A stretch of DNA of 64,000 nt from assembly GCA_017610205.1 (NCBI GenBank), contig JAFCCL010000001.1, positions 122,805 to 186,804 on the forward strand, in the 5' to 3' direction. Positions within the stretch are counted from its first letter, which is position 1; each line of letters begins with the position of its first letter. The notes beneath the pieces were generated by a model. That model made no database searches and was not told where the DNA came from. It saw nothing but the letters and a program-made list of their open reading frames with translations. A program made the position numbers and the translations under genes. This document shows, piece after piece, positions 47,896-57,559 of this stretch. This DNA comes from Candidatus Iainarchaeum sp. Its GTDB lineage: Archaea; Iainarchaeota; Iainarchaeia; Iainarchaeales; GCA-2688035.

Positions 47896-48222
47896 ATGCT
47901 TGTAGCAACATCTGAACATCTTAAAGGGCGAGAAATTGTAGAAACATTTGGACTTGTAATTGGAAGTACTACCAGAGCTCAATGGGTTGGCGAAGAAGTA
48001 GTTTCAAATATTAGAAAATTTATCGGCGGAGAAGCAATTGAATATACTGATGCTATTGCAAACGCAAGGGAAGAGGCAGTTGAACGCATGATAAAAGAGG
48101 CAAAGCAATTGAAAGCAAATGCAATTGTTGGCATGCGCTTTTTTACAATGCCTGTTACGCCAACCGTTCTTGAAATAGTAGCATATGGCACAGCAGTTAA
48201 TGCAAAAAAGTCAAAAAAATAA
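47896..48222 (+). CDS. YbjQ/UPF0145 family protein
   Basis: GGE...Y...AREEAVERM...ANAIVGMRF...AYGTAV. Confidence 0.92.
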   Translation: MLVATSEHLKGREIVETFGLVIGSTTRAQWVGEEVVSNIRKFIGGEAIEYTDAIANAREEAVERMIKEAKQLKANAIVGMRFFTMPVTPTVLEIVAYGTAVNAKKSKK

Positions 48223-48230
48223 TTTTTGTT

Positions 48231-49100
48231 TTAGGTCTTTAATATAAAATGAATCAAGCCGCGTATTGAAAACTTTTTACCATACATTAAAACTTCGGCT
48301 CTGAAAATTTTTGCAGTTATATAAATTAAGGCAGCGGTAGTAATGCACAAAATTCCAAGGCACAGTGCTATTTCTAAAGGAGATATTGTTCCGAGGAAAA
48401 TTCTAATCATTGCAGTTATTGGCGCAGTTAGGGGAAAATATGTAATTATTTGTGAAAAAAGATCTGTTGAGTTGGTTGTAAGAAACATACTGCTCAGTGC
48501 AGGAATCAATACAAATCCTGTAAGAAGGGTTCCAATTTGCTGAGCTTGACTTCTTGTTTCTGTAAGCACTCCAATTGCAGCCAAAAGCGAGGCATAAAGA
48601 AGATAACCTAGTATAAAAAACAAAAAATATAGCACTATTATCTGAGTTCCCAAAAATGATGAAAAGATTTCTAAAAATATTTCCGGAGCAATCAAAAAAA
48701 TAGTAATCACGCCCACAATAACCCATGTAAAGAACTGTATTAATCCAAGCATTGAAAGCCCAAGTATTTTGCCTGTTAAAAGTTGTTTAAATGAAACAGA
48801 CGAAACAAGTATTTCGAGAATTTTGTTTTCTTTTTCTTTTGCAATTCCCTGGAGCATAAAATTTGCAGAGAGGAATATTGCAAGCGAAAACACCATTGCA
48901 ATTGTGGAGGGGAATGCAAAAAAGTAAAAGCTTTTTTCCATTAATTTGAATTGCATTAAGCTAAATTGCAGACCAAAAAAAGACATGGCTATTGTAATTA
49001 TTAAAAGAAGTCCAGGCAGGGCAAATGCAAAAAACTTGTATTCCAATCTTGCAAAATTCATCTTGAATTCCTGCAATGCCACCCTTATTGTTTTATCCAT
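48231..49100 (-). CDS. ABC-2 exporter permease (NatB/YhaP-like)
   Basis: EKENKILEILVSSV...LLTGKILG; coupled to the ATPase. Confidence 0.9.
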   Translation of the reverse strand: MDKTIRVALQEFKMNFARLEYKFFAFALPGLLLIITIAMSFFGLQFSLMQFKLMEKSFYFFAFPSTIAMVFSLAIFLSANFMLQGIAKEKENKILEILVSSVSFKQLLTGKILGLSMLGLIQFFTWVIVGVITIFLIAPEIFLEIFSSFLGTQIIVLYFLFFILGYLLYASLLAAIGVLTETRSQAQQIGTLLTGFVLIPALSSMFLTTNSTDLFSQIITYFPLTAPITAMIRIFLGTISPLEIALCLGILCITTAALIYITAKIFRAEVLMYGKKFSIRGLIHFILKT

Positions 49101-49990
49101 TTTTCACCCTCCGCAACCTTAATAAAAATTTGATTCAATGAAAGTTCTTTGACAGCAAATCTTGTAAGATCCAAGTCTGCATTAACAAGCTGCTTTAAAA
49201 TCTTTTTTGGTGTAGAATCAACCCTTAAAAAGAGTTGAGCAGAATTGTTTGTAACACTTGACCGCTCAATACCATCAAGCTTTGGCAAAACGCCTTCAAA
49301 TCCAACAAAAACACAATTGCTTGCATACCGCTTTTTAATATCATCAATTCTACCATACAAAACTCTCTTGCCATGGTTTATCATTAAGCACCTGTCACAC
49401 AACTCTTCAACTTCATTCATCATATGTGTACTTAGAATTATTGTTTTGCCTTCCTTTTTTTCTTCAAGAATAATGCTCTTAACAAGTTCCCTGTTTGTTG
49501 GATCAAGACCTGAAAAGGGTTCGTCAAGGATTAAAAGTGTTGGATGATGAATAAGGGTTACGCACAATTGCACAAGCTGCCTTTGCCCCTTGCTTAATTT
49601 ACTAACCTTTACATTTGCCTTTTTAATTAAACCAACTCGATTGAGAAGTGCTAGTCCCTCCATATTTGCCTCTTTTACGGCTGAACCCTTAAGCGTTGCA
49701 AGATAGCAAAGGTTATCCATTACACTTAAATTGTCATAAAGGCCTCTTTCTTCAGGAAGATATCCAAGTATTTCCTTTGTTTTTTCACTAAACAATTTTC
49801 CAAAAATAGTTATTGTTCCCTTATCCGGTTTTATAAAATCCAAAAGCATCCTTATTATAGAACTTTTTCCAGCACCGTTTGGCCCAAGCAAGCCAAAAAT
49901 TTTGCCTTCTGACACTTTGAAGCTTACTCCATCCACTGCTTCAACTTGATTATACGATTTGAAAATATTATCAACAAAAATGCAATCCAT
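49085..49990 (-). CDS. ABC exporter ATP-binding subunit
   Basis: GPNGAGKS, YLPEERGLY, LSKGQ, ILDEPFSGLD, STH. Confidence 0.95.
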   Translation of the reverse strand: MDCIFVDNIFKSYNQVEAVDGVSFKVSEGKIFGLLGPNGAGKSSIIRMLLDFIKPDKGTITIFGKLFSEKTKEILGYLPEERGLYDNLSVMDNLCYLATLKGSAVKEANMEGLALLNRVGLIKKANVKVSKLSKGQRQLVQLCVTLIHHPTLLILDEPFSGLDPTNRELVKSIILEEKKEGKTIILSTHMMNEVEELCDRCLMINHGKRVLYGRIDDIKKRYASNCVFVGFEGVLPKLDGIERSSVTNNSAQLFLRVDSTPKKILKQLVNADLDLTRFAVKELSLNQIFIKVAEGEKWIKQ

Positions 49991-50041
49991 TTCAGGTAAT
50001 TTAAAGAGTTAAACTTATTTAAAAGCGCTTTGGTGACTGGC

Positions 50042-51142
50042 CTATTTTGCCTTAAGCTCATTTGCTGCCCTAATAAAAAAGCCAGCTGTCCAGGAAAAAG
50101 GCCTTTCGCTTTTCAAAAACAAGCCGTTTACTGGTTTTCCTTTTTCGTTAAAAACCTCGTGGGCTATGCCGTTTTGATTTATTAAAAACGCAACATCCCT
50201 TAGTGCATGCTTTGCATCCTTTTTCCACCCAACTTTCTGCAATGCAATTGCATTTAGGCAACCAAGCCAGGGCCAACTAAAACCATTATGATAATGGTAT
50301 TCAAGCAACGGTAGCAAAGTTGGAGGAATTCTCCACACAGGGTAAGTTGGGTAATTTGTTTTCAGAGGAATTTTGTTAAGCTGGTGCTGTTTTATTTTGT
50401 TTAAAATCATTTGACCCTGGGCCTTGTCAGCTATTCCAAAATCTATTGCAAGCAAATTTCCGTCGCTTGAAAAAAAATCGTGCCTTCTAAAATCAATCCA
50501 GTCAATGTAGTAGTTTCCATCCCAAAACAATTGGTTTATTTTGTTCTTGGTTTTTTTTGCAAACCCTTCAAACTTTTTTTGCAGTTTTTCGTTTTTTTGC
50601 AGAGATGCAAGCCAGGAAAATTCCTTTAATGCCTTGTAAAAGCAGCAATTTGTGTAAAGGACGTTTCCAAATTTTAGCACGGTTTCAGCCCAGTTTGCAA
50701 AAACCCTTTCTTCAATTAAGGCATTGTTGTCCCGGTCTTTGCTTAAAAGAAAATCAACTGCTTTTTTTGCCTTTGGAAACATTTTTGCAGCAAAGGCTTT
50801 GTCGTTTGTTTTCTTAACATATTCTGAAAGTGAAATAACAAACAAAGCAGTTGAGTCAATTACAGACCCGACCAAAAGCCTGTACCTTGGCTTTAAATCA
50901 AGGCTTATTTGGTTGGGAATTACTCCGTTCCTTTTCTGCAATGAGGCAAAGAGTTCAAGGTTTTGCTTTACCTGCTGTGTATCTCCTAATACAAGTGCTC
51001 CAACTGACGCAAAAAAACTGTGCCTTGCCCAATACTGGTTAAATCGCTTGCTTTTTCTTCCGGCAACAATTCCCCTGTTTGTATAACATCTCCTCAAATC
51101 ATTTAAGGAAATCTCATAAGCAGACTTAACACCCGGATGCAT
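50042..51142 (-). CDS. (alpha/alpha)6 glycoside hydrolase (amylo-alpha-1,6-glucosidase/invertase-like)
   Basis: YWARHS, DSTALF, YHNGFSWPW, FSWTAG. Confidence 0.78.
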   Translation of the reverse strand: MHPGVKSAYEISLNDLRRCYTNRGIVAGRKSKRFNQYWARHSFFASVGALVLGDTQQVKQNLELFASLQKRNGVIPNQISLDLKPRYRLLVGSVIDSTALFVISLSEYVKKTNDKAFAAKMFPKAKKAVDFLLSKDRDNNALIEERVFANWAETVLKFGNVLYTNCCFYKALKEFSWLASLQKNEKLQKKFEGFAKKTKNKINQLFWDGNYYIDWIDFRRHDFFSSDGNLLAIDFGIADKAQGQMILNKIKQHQLNKIPLKTNYPTYPVWRIPPTLLPLLEYHYHNGFSWPWLGCLNAIALQKVGWKKDAKHALRDVAFLINQNGIAHEVFNEKGKPVNGLFLKSERPFSWTAGFFIRAANELKAK

Positions 51143-51217
51143 TTACTCCTACCTTAAATAATAAGGCATTCCAGGAATATTAAGTTATTGGTTTTTTTGC
51201 TTCCTTAAACAGGAAAT

Positions 51218-51661
51218 TTACAGGTTTTGCGCTTCTACTATCAATTTTCTTAATTTCTCTGCCAGTTTCCGCATTTTTGGATGGCTTAAGGCATGCCCTT
51301 TAACAGACAAAATTTGCATCTCAACTTTTGCCAGATTTTGGTCCAGCCCATTTAAAGTGCCAGCTTCTTCCCTTGAAAAATTTTCCTGTTTGGTTCTTCC
51401 CTTGCACAATTTAATTCTTTTATTTTTTAGGTCCTTTTTTCTTGACGGCAACATAACCAAAAGCTCTTTTTTAGCAGATGCCCTCAAAGCAGGGGTTCCA
51501 GAACGCATTGTTTCAAAAAGCCGAGGAATTCTTTCAGACGGTTCTACTCGTTGGTCTCTAACCTTTGAACCTATTTTAGGTGGACACGAAAACCTTCTGA
51601 CACGCGTTGAACTAGGTCCCCTTCCTCTTGCCTGTCGGTTTGAGCCCTTGTATTTGGTCAT
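51218..51661 (-). CDS. Basic orphan protein
   Basis: R/K-rich N-terminus; TTTAAA box about 25 nt upstream of the ATG. Confidence 0.6.
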   Translation of the reverse strand: MTKYKGSNRQARGRGPSSTRVRRFSCPPKIGSKVRDQRVEPSERIPRLFETMRSGTPALRASAKKELLVMLPSRKKDLKNKRIKLCKGRTKQENFSREEAGTLNGLDQNLAKVEMQILSVKGHALSHPKMRKLAEKLRKLIVEAQNL

Positions 51662-51724
51662 AACTTGTAATAAATTAGAGCCTTTAAAGAATTTAAATAT
51701 TATGCCTTTGACTCTGCAATTGAA

Positions 51725-52368
51725 TTAATTTTTCACACTATTGTTTTGGCTTTTTTCAAAGAATTCCAATAGTATTTGACCTGCCTCTTTAAGGTTTTTT
51801 CCAAAAGATATTACACCTTCTTCATGCCCTGGCATTACAAGTATTTTCTTCTTTTTAACATCTGTTTCCTTAAACAATCTGATTACTTCTTCTGCCATTT
51901 CAGGCGTGCCATATTTTGCATCTTTTTTGCAGTTGGCACTTTTTCCAGTAGCCTTTTCCAAAAATCAAGGTTGTGAACATGAATTACTCCATTAATACTT
52001 TTATCAGCTTGATAAATTACCGCATGAGTCATTGACTCTGAAGAAGCCTTAATTGGTCCTTTACATTCAACATAGTTTTTTTCAATATCGTAATCTGTTA
52101 CAACCGTATAATGTTCAACACCTAATAAAGCAATCCCTCCTGTTGCCGTGCCAGAAATAATAAATTGGTTTTTTTTAGGACCTCTTACACTAATATTTCC
52201 AAAACCAATTCCATTTTCAAAAACTCCTATCAGTCCACGCTGGAACATTTTGTCACGCCAAGAATTAATTTCAATTAAATCACTTTCAGAAACAGGTTCT
52301 GCTTTAATCCAGTCACAATTAAACGTTACATAGCCTTCTTCAGTTATCAGATTCACTTTTTCATTCAT
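51725..52368 (-). pseudogene. Class II aldolase/adducin family protein split by a -1 frameshift at A_AAA_AAG
   Basis: 5' ORF has GNISVR, ASSESMTH, IHVH; the -1 frame continues DAKYGTPEMAEE...GHEEGVISFG. Confidence 0.85.
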
Positions 52369-52440
52369 TTCAATAAAAATTTATTGCGAAAATCTTAAAA
52401 GCTAAAACTTTTGCATAAATTTTTTCTTGAAAGTGGATTT

Positions 52441-52773
52441 TTATTCTCTAATTATTGAGCAGACTTTTTCAGCCACTTGCTTTGTTTTTGCTTCTTTCAG
52501 CGAACCAATTTTGTAGTCAATGATTGAATTGTCTGAAGTAAAAATCTTGTTTGGCCTAATGTTGCTGTCTTGTTTTAATGTCCCTTTCTTGAATTCTTTT
52601 CCAAGAAGAGGGATAGAGTATCTGTCACTTGTGCCCTTGCTTGTAATCTGGCAAAGAATTAAATCTTCTCCCCGCAATTTTGTTAAAACCATCGCAGGCC
52701 TTCTCTTTGCTTTGCTCAAATCAGAGAAAGGAAAAGGAATTACTACAATGTCACCCTTTACAAATTTTTCTAT
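52441..52773 (-). CDS. MazF/PemK toxin whose start codon reads ATA
   Basis: (I)EKFVKGDIVVIPFPFSDLSKAKRRPAMV...ILCQITS...SNIRPNKIFT. Confidence 0.85.
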   Translation of the reverse strand: MEKFVKGDIVVIPFPFSDLSKAKRRPAMVLTKLRGEDLILCQITSKGTSDRYSIPLLGKEFKKGTLKQDSNIRPNKIFTSDNSIIDYKIGSLKEAKTKQVAEKVCSIIRE

Positions 52774-53003
52774 GCTTCTTCCTCTTCCTTTGAAAGCCAG
52801 TCTTTTGCCAACGATTTTTCGGAAGCAAGCATTGTAGAAAACTCTTCCTCAAGCAATTGGTCAACCTTGGTTAAAATTATTTTTCCACTCTTTTCAACTA
52901 ACAGCAATTTGCTTCCCTGTTCAATAGCCATTTCTTCCCTTGTTTTCTTTGGCAAAACAACCTGTCCCTTCTTGCTTACAGTTATTATTTCCACTTGTGT
53001 CAT
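52770..53003 (-). CDS. AbrB/MazE-type antitoxin
   Basis: VSKKGQVVLPKKTRE; C-terminal ASEKSLAKDWLSKEEEEA*(KNL). Confidence 0.88.
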   Translation of the reverse strand: MTQVEIITVSKKGQVVLPKKTREEMAIEQGSKLLLVEKSGKIILTKVDQLLEEEFSTMLASEKSLAKDWLSKEEEEA

Positions 53004-53130
53004 ACTACTATTACCCCAACAAACAATTTATAAATGTAAGTCCAAACTTACTTGTAAGCCTCCTTCTTATTCTTAGAATATATTCTCTGAAATTTTTCTC
53101 CTTATATTTTATACAATTTTTGACTTTTTT

Positions 53131-54429
53131 TTATACTCTCCCTTCAAGTAACTTATTAAGTTTTGGAAAAATTTCTTTTCTGAATTGCTGGTATGAAAGG
53201 CGACTATTTTTTAGTACCAATTTTCTTATCCTCTCTTGTATAATATCACTAGTTATTGTTGGAAGAACATCCTCTAGCCAATACTCTATTTCCTCCTTCA
53301 TTTGGTTTTTAGCAAAATTTTTTCCAGCAGCAGCTCTTTGTTTTCTTGTACGTTGTTTGATTTTTGGTAGCTTACCGCCCCTTTCTTCAAATCGCTTCCT
53401 AGCTATGACCGCATCGGCTTTAGGAACATAGGTGTTTTGTCCAATTCTAGTTCTAGGCACTTGTCTTCTATACAAATAAGAAACTGTTACCCCAAGTTCT
53501 TTTGCTAATTGAGAAAATGGAATAAGCTCACCTTTTTTTAGTAAGTCTGGAACTTTTTTTCTGAGTCTTGCTTCCTTAAGCATTAAATTTGCAAATTCTT
53601 GTGGGTAAATCCACTGGTGCTTGCGATTAACAATGTCTCTTGCAAGGCCTTTAATTGGCGGATTATAACTATACCACTTGCCTTCAATTCTATTTCTGCC
53701 TTGTTTTTTTGCTAATTCTTCGTTATGCCACATATAATCTATTTTTTTCCGAATCTGTATTGCTGTTATCTTCAAACCCTGTTTTTTGGCAAGACTCATT
53801 AAGTCCTTCGCAGTAAAGTAACCTCTGGGTGTAATAAGTGTTGCGCTGGAATCAGCAATAATTCTATGCAATTTTTCCTCAGGGAACAGCCATCCTTTTG
53901 GTCTATTTGGGTTTCTTTCTTTATCACGTATTTGTTCCAGTTTCCCTCGGTTAATTAAGTAACCTTTTTCCTTTGCTCTTTCAATGAGTTGGCTGGTACT
54001 TAAATAACCTGTTTCAGCTGAACTCCTTGTTTTAACCACTGGGGCTGTTGGCTTTACCCTTTTTGCACTTTTAGCAGTTGCTTTCAGTCTCTCAATTCTT
54101 GCTTCCCTTTTTTCCAATGCTTTAAACGCAATTAAATCCCGGCCTTTAAGTGATAATTTTGCTTTGCCGCCTAACAGTTCCATTTTAGCTGCTTTAATTG
54201 CCCTTTTTTCACCAGCTACTAATCTAAATAATGTATTTCTAGCAGTATTTTTTAAAGCAACTTGTTCTGGACCAGCTTCCGAAATAGTTTTCAAAAGCCT
54301 GGGCGCTCTTACAAAAAAGGATTCTTCTTTATCACGAATATTTCTCTGAATATTATCACCCATGACAAACCAGCCCTTAGGCCTTAGGTCTATATCGTGT
54401 CTAGTACTCCTCCTTTTTTTTGTAGCCAT
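53131..54429 (-). CDS. Large, very basic orphan protein with repeated HTH-like segments
   Basis: GYLSTSQLIERAKEKG, GYFTAKDLMSLAKKQG, IPFSQLAKELGVTVSYLYRR. Confidence 0.75.
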   Translation of the reverse strand: MATKKRRSTRHDIDLRPKGWFVMGDNIQRNIRDKEESFFVRAPRLLKTISEAGPEQVALKNTARNTLFRLVAGEKRAIKAAKMELLGGKAKLSLKGRDLIAFKALEKREARIERLKATAKSAKRVKPTAPVVKTRSSAETGYLSTSQLIERAKEKGYLINRGKLEQIRDKERNPNRPKGWLFPEEKLHRIIADSSATLITPRGYFTAKDLMSLAKKQGLKITAIQIRKKIDYMWHNEELAKKQGRNRIEGKWYSYNPPIKGLARDIVNRKHQWIYPQEFANLMLKEARLRKKVPDLLKKGELIPFSQLAKELGVTVSYLYRRQVPRTRIGQNTYVPKADAVIARKRFEERGGKLPKIKQRTRKQRAAAGKNFAKNQMKEEIEYWLEDVLPTITSDIIQERIRKLVLKNSRLSYQQFRKEIFPKLNKLLEGRV

Positions 54430-54610
54430 AATAAAAATAAGCTCTTTGGGGAATTTAATTGTTTTCTTTTTTTAAGTGTTAATAAAATTATTAGTTAAAT
54501 TACATTTTTTTCCAAGAGTTTATCCTAATTGTTGAATTAGTTTGGGGGTTGTTACACTTATGTTATTATTCCTGTCATTCCCACTCAATTGTTCCTGGTT
54601 GGTTTTCAAC

Positions 54611-55549
54611 TTAAATATACTCAATTGTTGCAGGGGGCTTTCCTGTTATCTCGTACAAGACACGCGTAACAGAGGGGATCTCAGCAACGATTCTTTCAGA
54701 AATCTTTTTCAAAACAGGCATTGGAACATCTGTTGCCGTTCCTTCCATTGCATCTTTGGAGTCAATAACCCTTACTGCAATTATGTTGCCAAAATTCCTG
54801 TTTCCTTCTTTGTCAATCCCTGTCCCCCTGTCCTCAAACAGGACGGCAAATGCCTGAAATGGCTTAAGTCTGGCATTTTTTATTTCTTCTTCTACAACAA
54901 TGTGTGCTTTTCTTAAAATGTCTGCCTTTTCAGGGGTTACCTCTCCAATGCACCTTGCCATAAGGCCTGGTCCGGGAAACGGCATTCTTTCGCTTATTTC
55001 TTCCGGCAATCCCAGAGCCCTTCCAACTTCTCTTACGCCTGGCTTAAACAGCTCAGCGACAGGTTCAAGGATTGTAAGCTTGTACTTGCCTGGATCCAGT
55101 CCAACCTGTTCCAGTGGATTGTGGTGTGTTTTTACCCCTTTATTGGTTTCAAGGATGTCAGGCTTTATTGTTCCCTGAATCATAAACTTTGCATTGCTTT
55201 CCTTTACTGCGTCCCTCAAAGTCTTAAAAAAAGTGTCTCTAAATGCCTTTCTTTTTTCTTCAGGGTCAGTCAAACCCTTTAATGCATCAAAAAATTCTTT
55301 TCTAACATCCCTTATCTTTAAATCAATTTCAACCTTTGCAAAAATTTCCTTAAGATCTGGGCCTTCATTTTCCCTCATTACACCTGTGTCCAAAAAAACA
55401 CATTCAAGCCTGTTTCCAATAGCCTTGTAGCCAAGCATGGCACAAACACTTGAGTCAACCCCACCGCTTAATGCAACAATTGCCTTTTCTTCCCCGATTG
55501 CTTCCTTTAGCTTTTTTGTTTCTTCTTCAATAAATGTATTGGCATCCAT
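54611..55549 (-). CDS. guaAB: GMP synthase subunit B (ATP pyrophosphatase)
   Basis: ALSGGVDSSV, DPEEKRK, QGTI, KTHHN, PFPGPGL, KPPATIEY. Confidence 0.96.
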   Translation of the reverse strand: MDANTFIEEETKKLKEAIGEEKAIVALSGGVDSSVCAMLGYKAIGNRLECVFLDTGVMRENEGPDLKEIFAKVEIDLKIRDVRKEFFDALKGLTDPEEKRKAFRDTFFKTLRDAVKESNAKFMIQGTIKPDILETNKGVKTHHNPLEQVGLDPGKYKLTILEPVAELFKPGVREVGRALGLPEEISERMPFPGPGLMARCIGEVTPEKADILRKAHIVVEEEIKNARLKPFQAFAVLFEDRGTGIDKEGNRNFGNIIAVRVIDSKDAMEGTATDVPMPVLKKISERIVAEIPSVTRVLYEITGKPPATIEYI

Positions 55550-55787
55550 TTCAAACTACCCCCTAATGTAAATTTAAAAAAAAGAAAGAAATTCTTTTAA
55601 ACTGCCCCAGTGCTATTTTATGTAGCAAATTTCGCGAAAGATATTTAATAAGAAAACAAGTATTTGAATACGTGTTGGGAGTTAAGGAGGCAAGCTAAAC
55701 TGTTTAAACAGTTCCCTAGCTTGCTTTCCTTACACTTATTTTTTGGCAATTCAAAAGTATTTTAAACATCAAATGCAATATATTTTT

Positions 55788-56081
55788 ATGACTCCAGCAA
55801 AAGCTGTAAGGAATTTGGCAAAGCGTTACACCATTACTCACAAAAAAACGCAGGGTGACTTTAATGATGTACTCCAACGCGGTAGGTTGCAAAAACATAG
55901 GGTTGCAAAAGACGCGCAAGGCAAGGAATTTTTTCCTGACAGGCGCAGGATGAAACCATCAACTGCAGGTTCTCTTGGCAAAAGTAAGGAAATAACTGGT
56001 ACAGCCAAGAAACTTTATGTTAACCATGGTGTTGAAGCAAGGGGCCTTGGTGGCAGAGGTCGAAGAAGAAGCAAGCACTAA
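55788..56081 (+). CDS. Small basic orphan protein
   Basis: MTPAKAVRNLAKRY...GGRGRRRSKH; TTTAAA box about 25 nt upstream. Confidence 0.55.
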   Translation: MTPAKAVRNLAKRYTITHKKTQGDFNDVLQRGRLQKHRVAKDAQGKEFFPDRRRMKPSTAGSLGKSKEITGTAKKLYVNHGVEARGLGGRGRRRSKH

Positions 56082-56209
56082 AATAGTTAAAAAAACCGCT
56101 TGGAAATAGTTTAAATACATTCCATTCCAGCTAATCTTATAGAACATTTTTTTTCCTCGAAAAATAAAGCGGCAAAAAGCAAACGCTATCTTGTCGCAAA
56201 AAAAATTAT

Positions 56210-56293
56210 GCCAACGTGGCGGAGTGGTCAAACGCGCTCGCCTTGAGAGCGAGAGTCCGAGAGGGCACGCAGGTTCAAATCCTGTCGTTGGCG
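56210..56293 (+). tRNA. tRNA-Ser(TGA)
   Basis: GCCAACG/CGTTGGC acceptor, G73, CTCGC-CTTGAGA-GCGAG, long variable arm. Confidence 0.93.
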
Positions 56294-56352
56294 TCTTTCT
56301 CCAATTCAATCGCCCTTGCCCCCTGCATTTAAATGGGTTTCGGTTGAGGGAG

Positions 56353-57558
56353 ATGAAAAGTATGAGGGAATACATTCACCCCTACAAGAAAAACCTTGAA
56401 AGGGAAATTCAACGAATAAAGGAATCTGAGCTGCTTGGGGATAACAAGCAGTTGATTCTGAAATTCTATCAGCACAACATGGCTCAAGAGCACAGCCTTC
56501 CGAGAATGGAACGGCAAGCCTGTGTTCTAAGAAAGGTTGCCGAGTGGCAGAAAAAGGATTTCAGGCAGTTAACCAAAGAAGACTATGTGGCTTTCATTGC
56601 CTGGATGCGCGAAAAAGAATACAAAGACGGAACCATCTGGACATACAAACAAATACTTATGGTCTTTCACAAATGGCTCAACAACGGAGTAAAGCCAGAG
56701 TGCATTGCATGGTTCAAGCTCAAAAAGCTGTTCAATAATACCTTGCCAGAGAACCTAATTACGCCGGAAGAAGCCAAAAGGCTGATTAAAGGAGCGGATA
56801 AAAAGCGTGACAAGGCATTGATTGCCTCTCTTTGGGAAACAGGAGCGCGTATCGGTGAGCTTGGGTGCCTGAAAATAAGGGACGTTACCTTTGATGAATT
56901 TGGTGGAAGAGTTCTCCTAAACGGCAAAACAGGTATGAGAAAAGTCAGAATTGTTCACAGCGCACCATACATTTTGGACTGGCTTAACGAACACCCTTTT
57001 AGCAAGGACGTTGATGCCCCACTTTGGATTTGCTTTGGGCAAAAGACCTGTGAAAGGGTTTGCTACAACACAATAGTCAAAGTGCTTTTGATGGCAAAGG
57101 CAAGAGCAGGAATAAGCAAGCCTGTCAACCCACATCATTTCAGGCACAGCAGGGCAACATACATGGCTCAGCATCTAACAGAAGCCCAGATGAAAGAATA
57201 CTTTGGATGGGGGCAGGATAGTAGAATGGCTGCACGATATGTTCACCTTTCAGGCAAGCAGGTTGACGACGCAGTTCTGAGAATGTGCGGCCTGAAGAAA
57301 AGAGAGGAAGAAAAGGATATCCTAAAGCGCGAACCTTGTCCCAGATGCAAATTCCTGAACGAAATTAACTCAGATTACTGCCAAAAATGCTGGATTCCTC
57401 TAAGTCCACAAGCTACAAATGAAATTCAGGAAACAGAAGACAAAAGCCAAGAAAGCGTAATCAGCCTAATGAAATTGCTTGAATTAGTTGGAAACAACCC
57501 GGGAAAAGTGCGGCAGGCACTCACAATCCTGCAACAAGACACTACAAGGAGGTTTTAG
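56353..57558 (+). CDS. Tyrosine recombinase/integrase with C-terminal zinc ribbon
   Basis: ETGARIGE, GKTG, HHFRHS, FGW, ARYVH; CPRC...CQKC. The track start at 56191 lies upstream of the tRNA and is spurious. Confidence 0.93.
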   Translation: MKSMREYIHPYKKNLEREIQRIKESELLGDNKQLILKFYQHNMAQEHSLPRMERQACVLRKVAEWQKKDFRQLTKEDYVAFIAWMREKEYKDGTIWTYKQILMVFHKWLNNGVKPECIAWFKLKKLFNNTLPENLITPEEAKRLIKGADKKRDKALIASLWETGARIGELGCLKIRDVTFDEFGGRVLLNGKTGMRKVRIVHSAPYILDWLNEHPFSKDVDAPLWICFGQKTCERVCYNTIVKVLLMAKARAGISKPVNPHHFRHSRATYMAQHLTEAQMKEYFGWGQDSRMAARYVHLSGKQVDDAVLRMCGLKKREEEKDILKREPCPRCKFLNEINSDYCQKCWIPLSPQATNEIQETEDKSQESVISLMKLLELVGNNPGKVRQALTILQQDTTRRF

Positions 57559-57559
57559 A

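Noticed and set aside
56210-56293. tRNA-Leu(GAG) or a UGA suppressor
   Set aside because: The 7-nt loop CTTGAGA centres on TGA, which reads UCA (Ser); G73 and the long variable arm agree.
56191-56352. Integrase N-terminus overlapping the tRNA (SSV-type split integrase)
   Set aside because: The extension is only the tRNA read in frame; a good ATG with RBS lies at 56353 and the integrase is intact.
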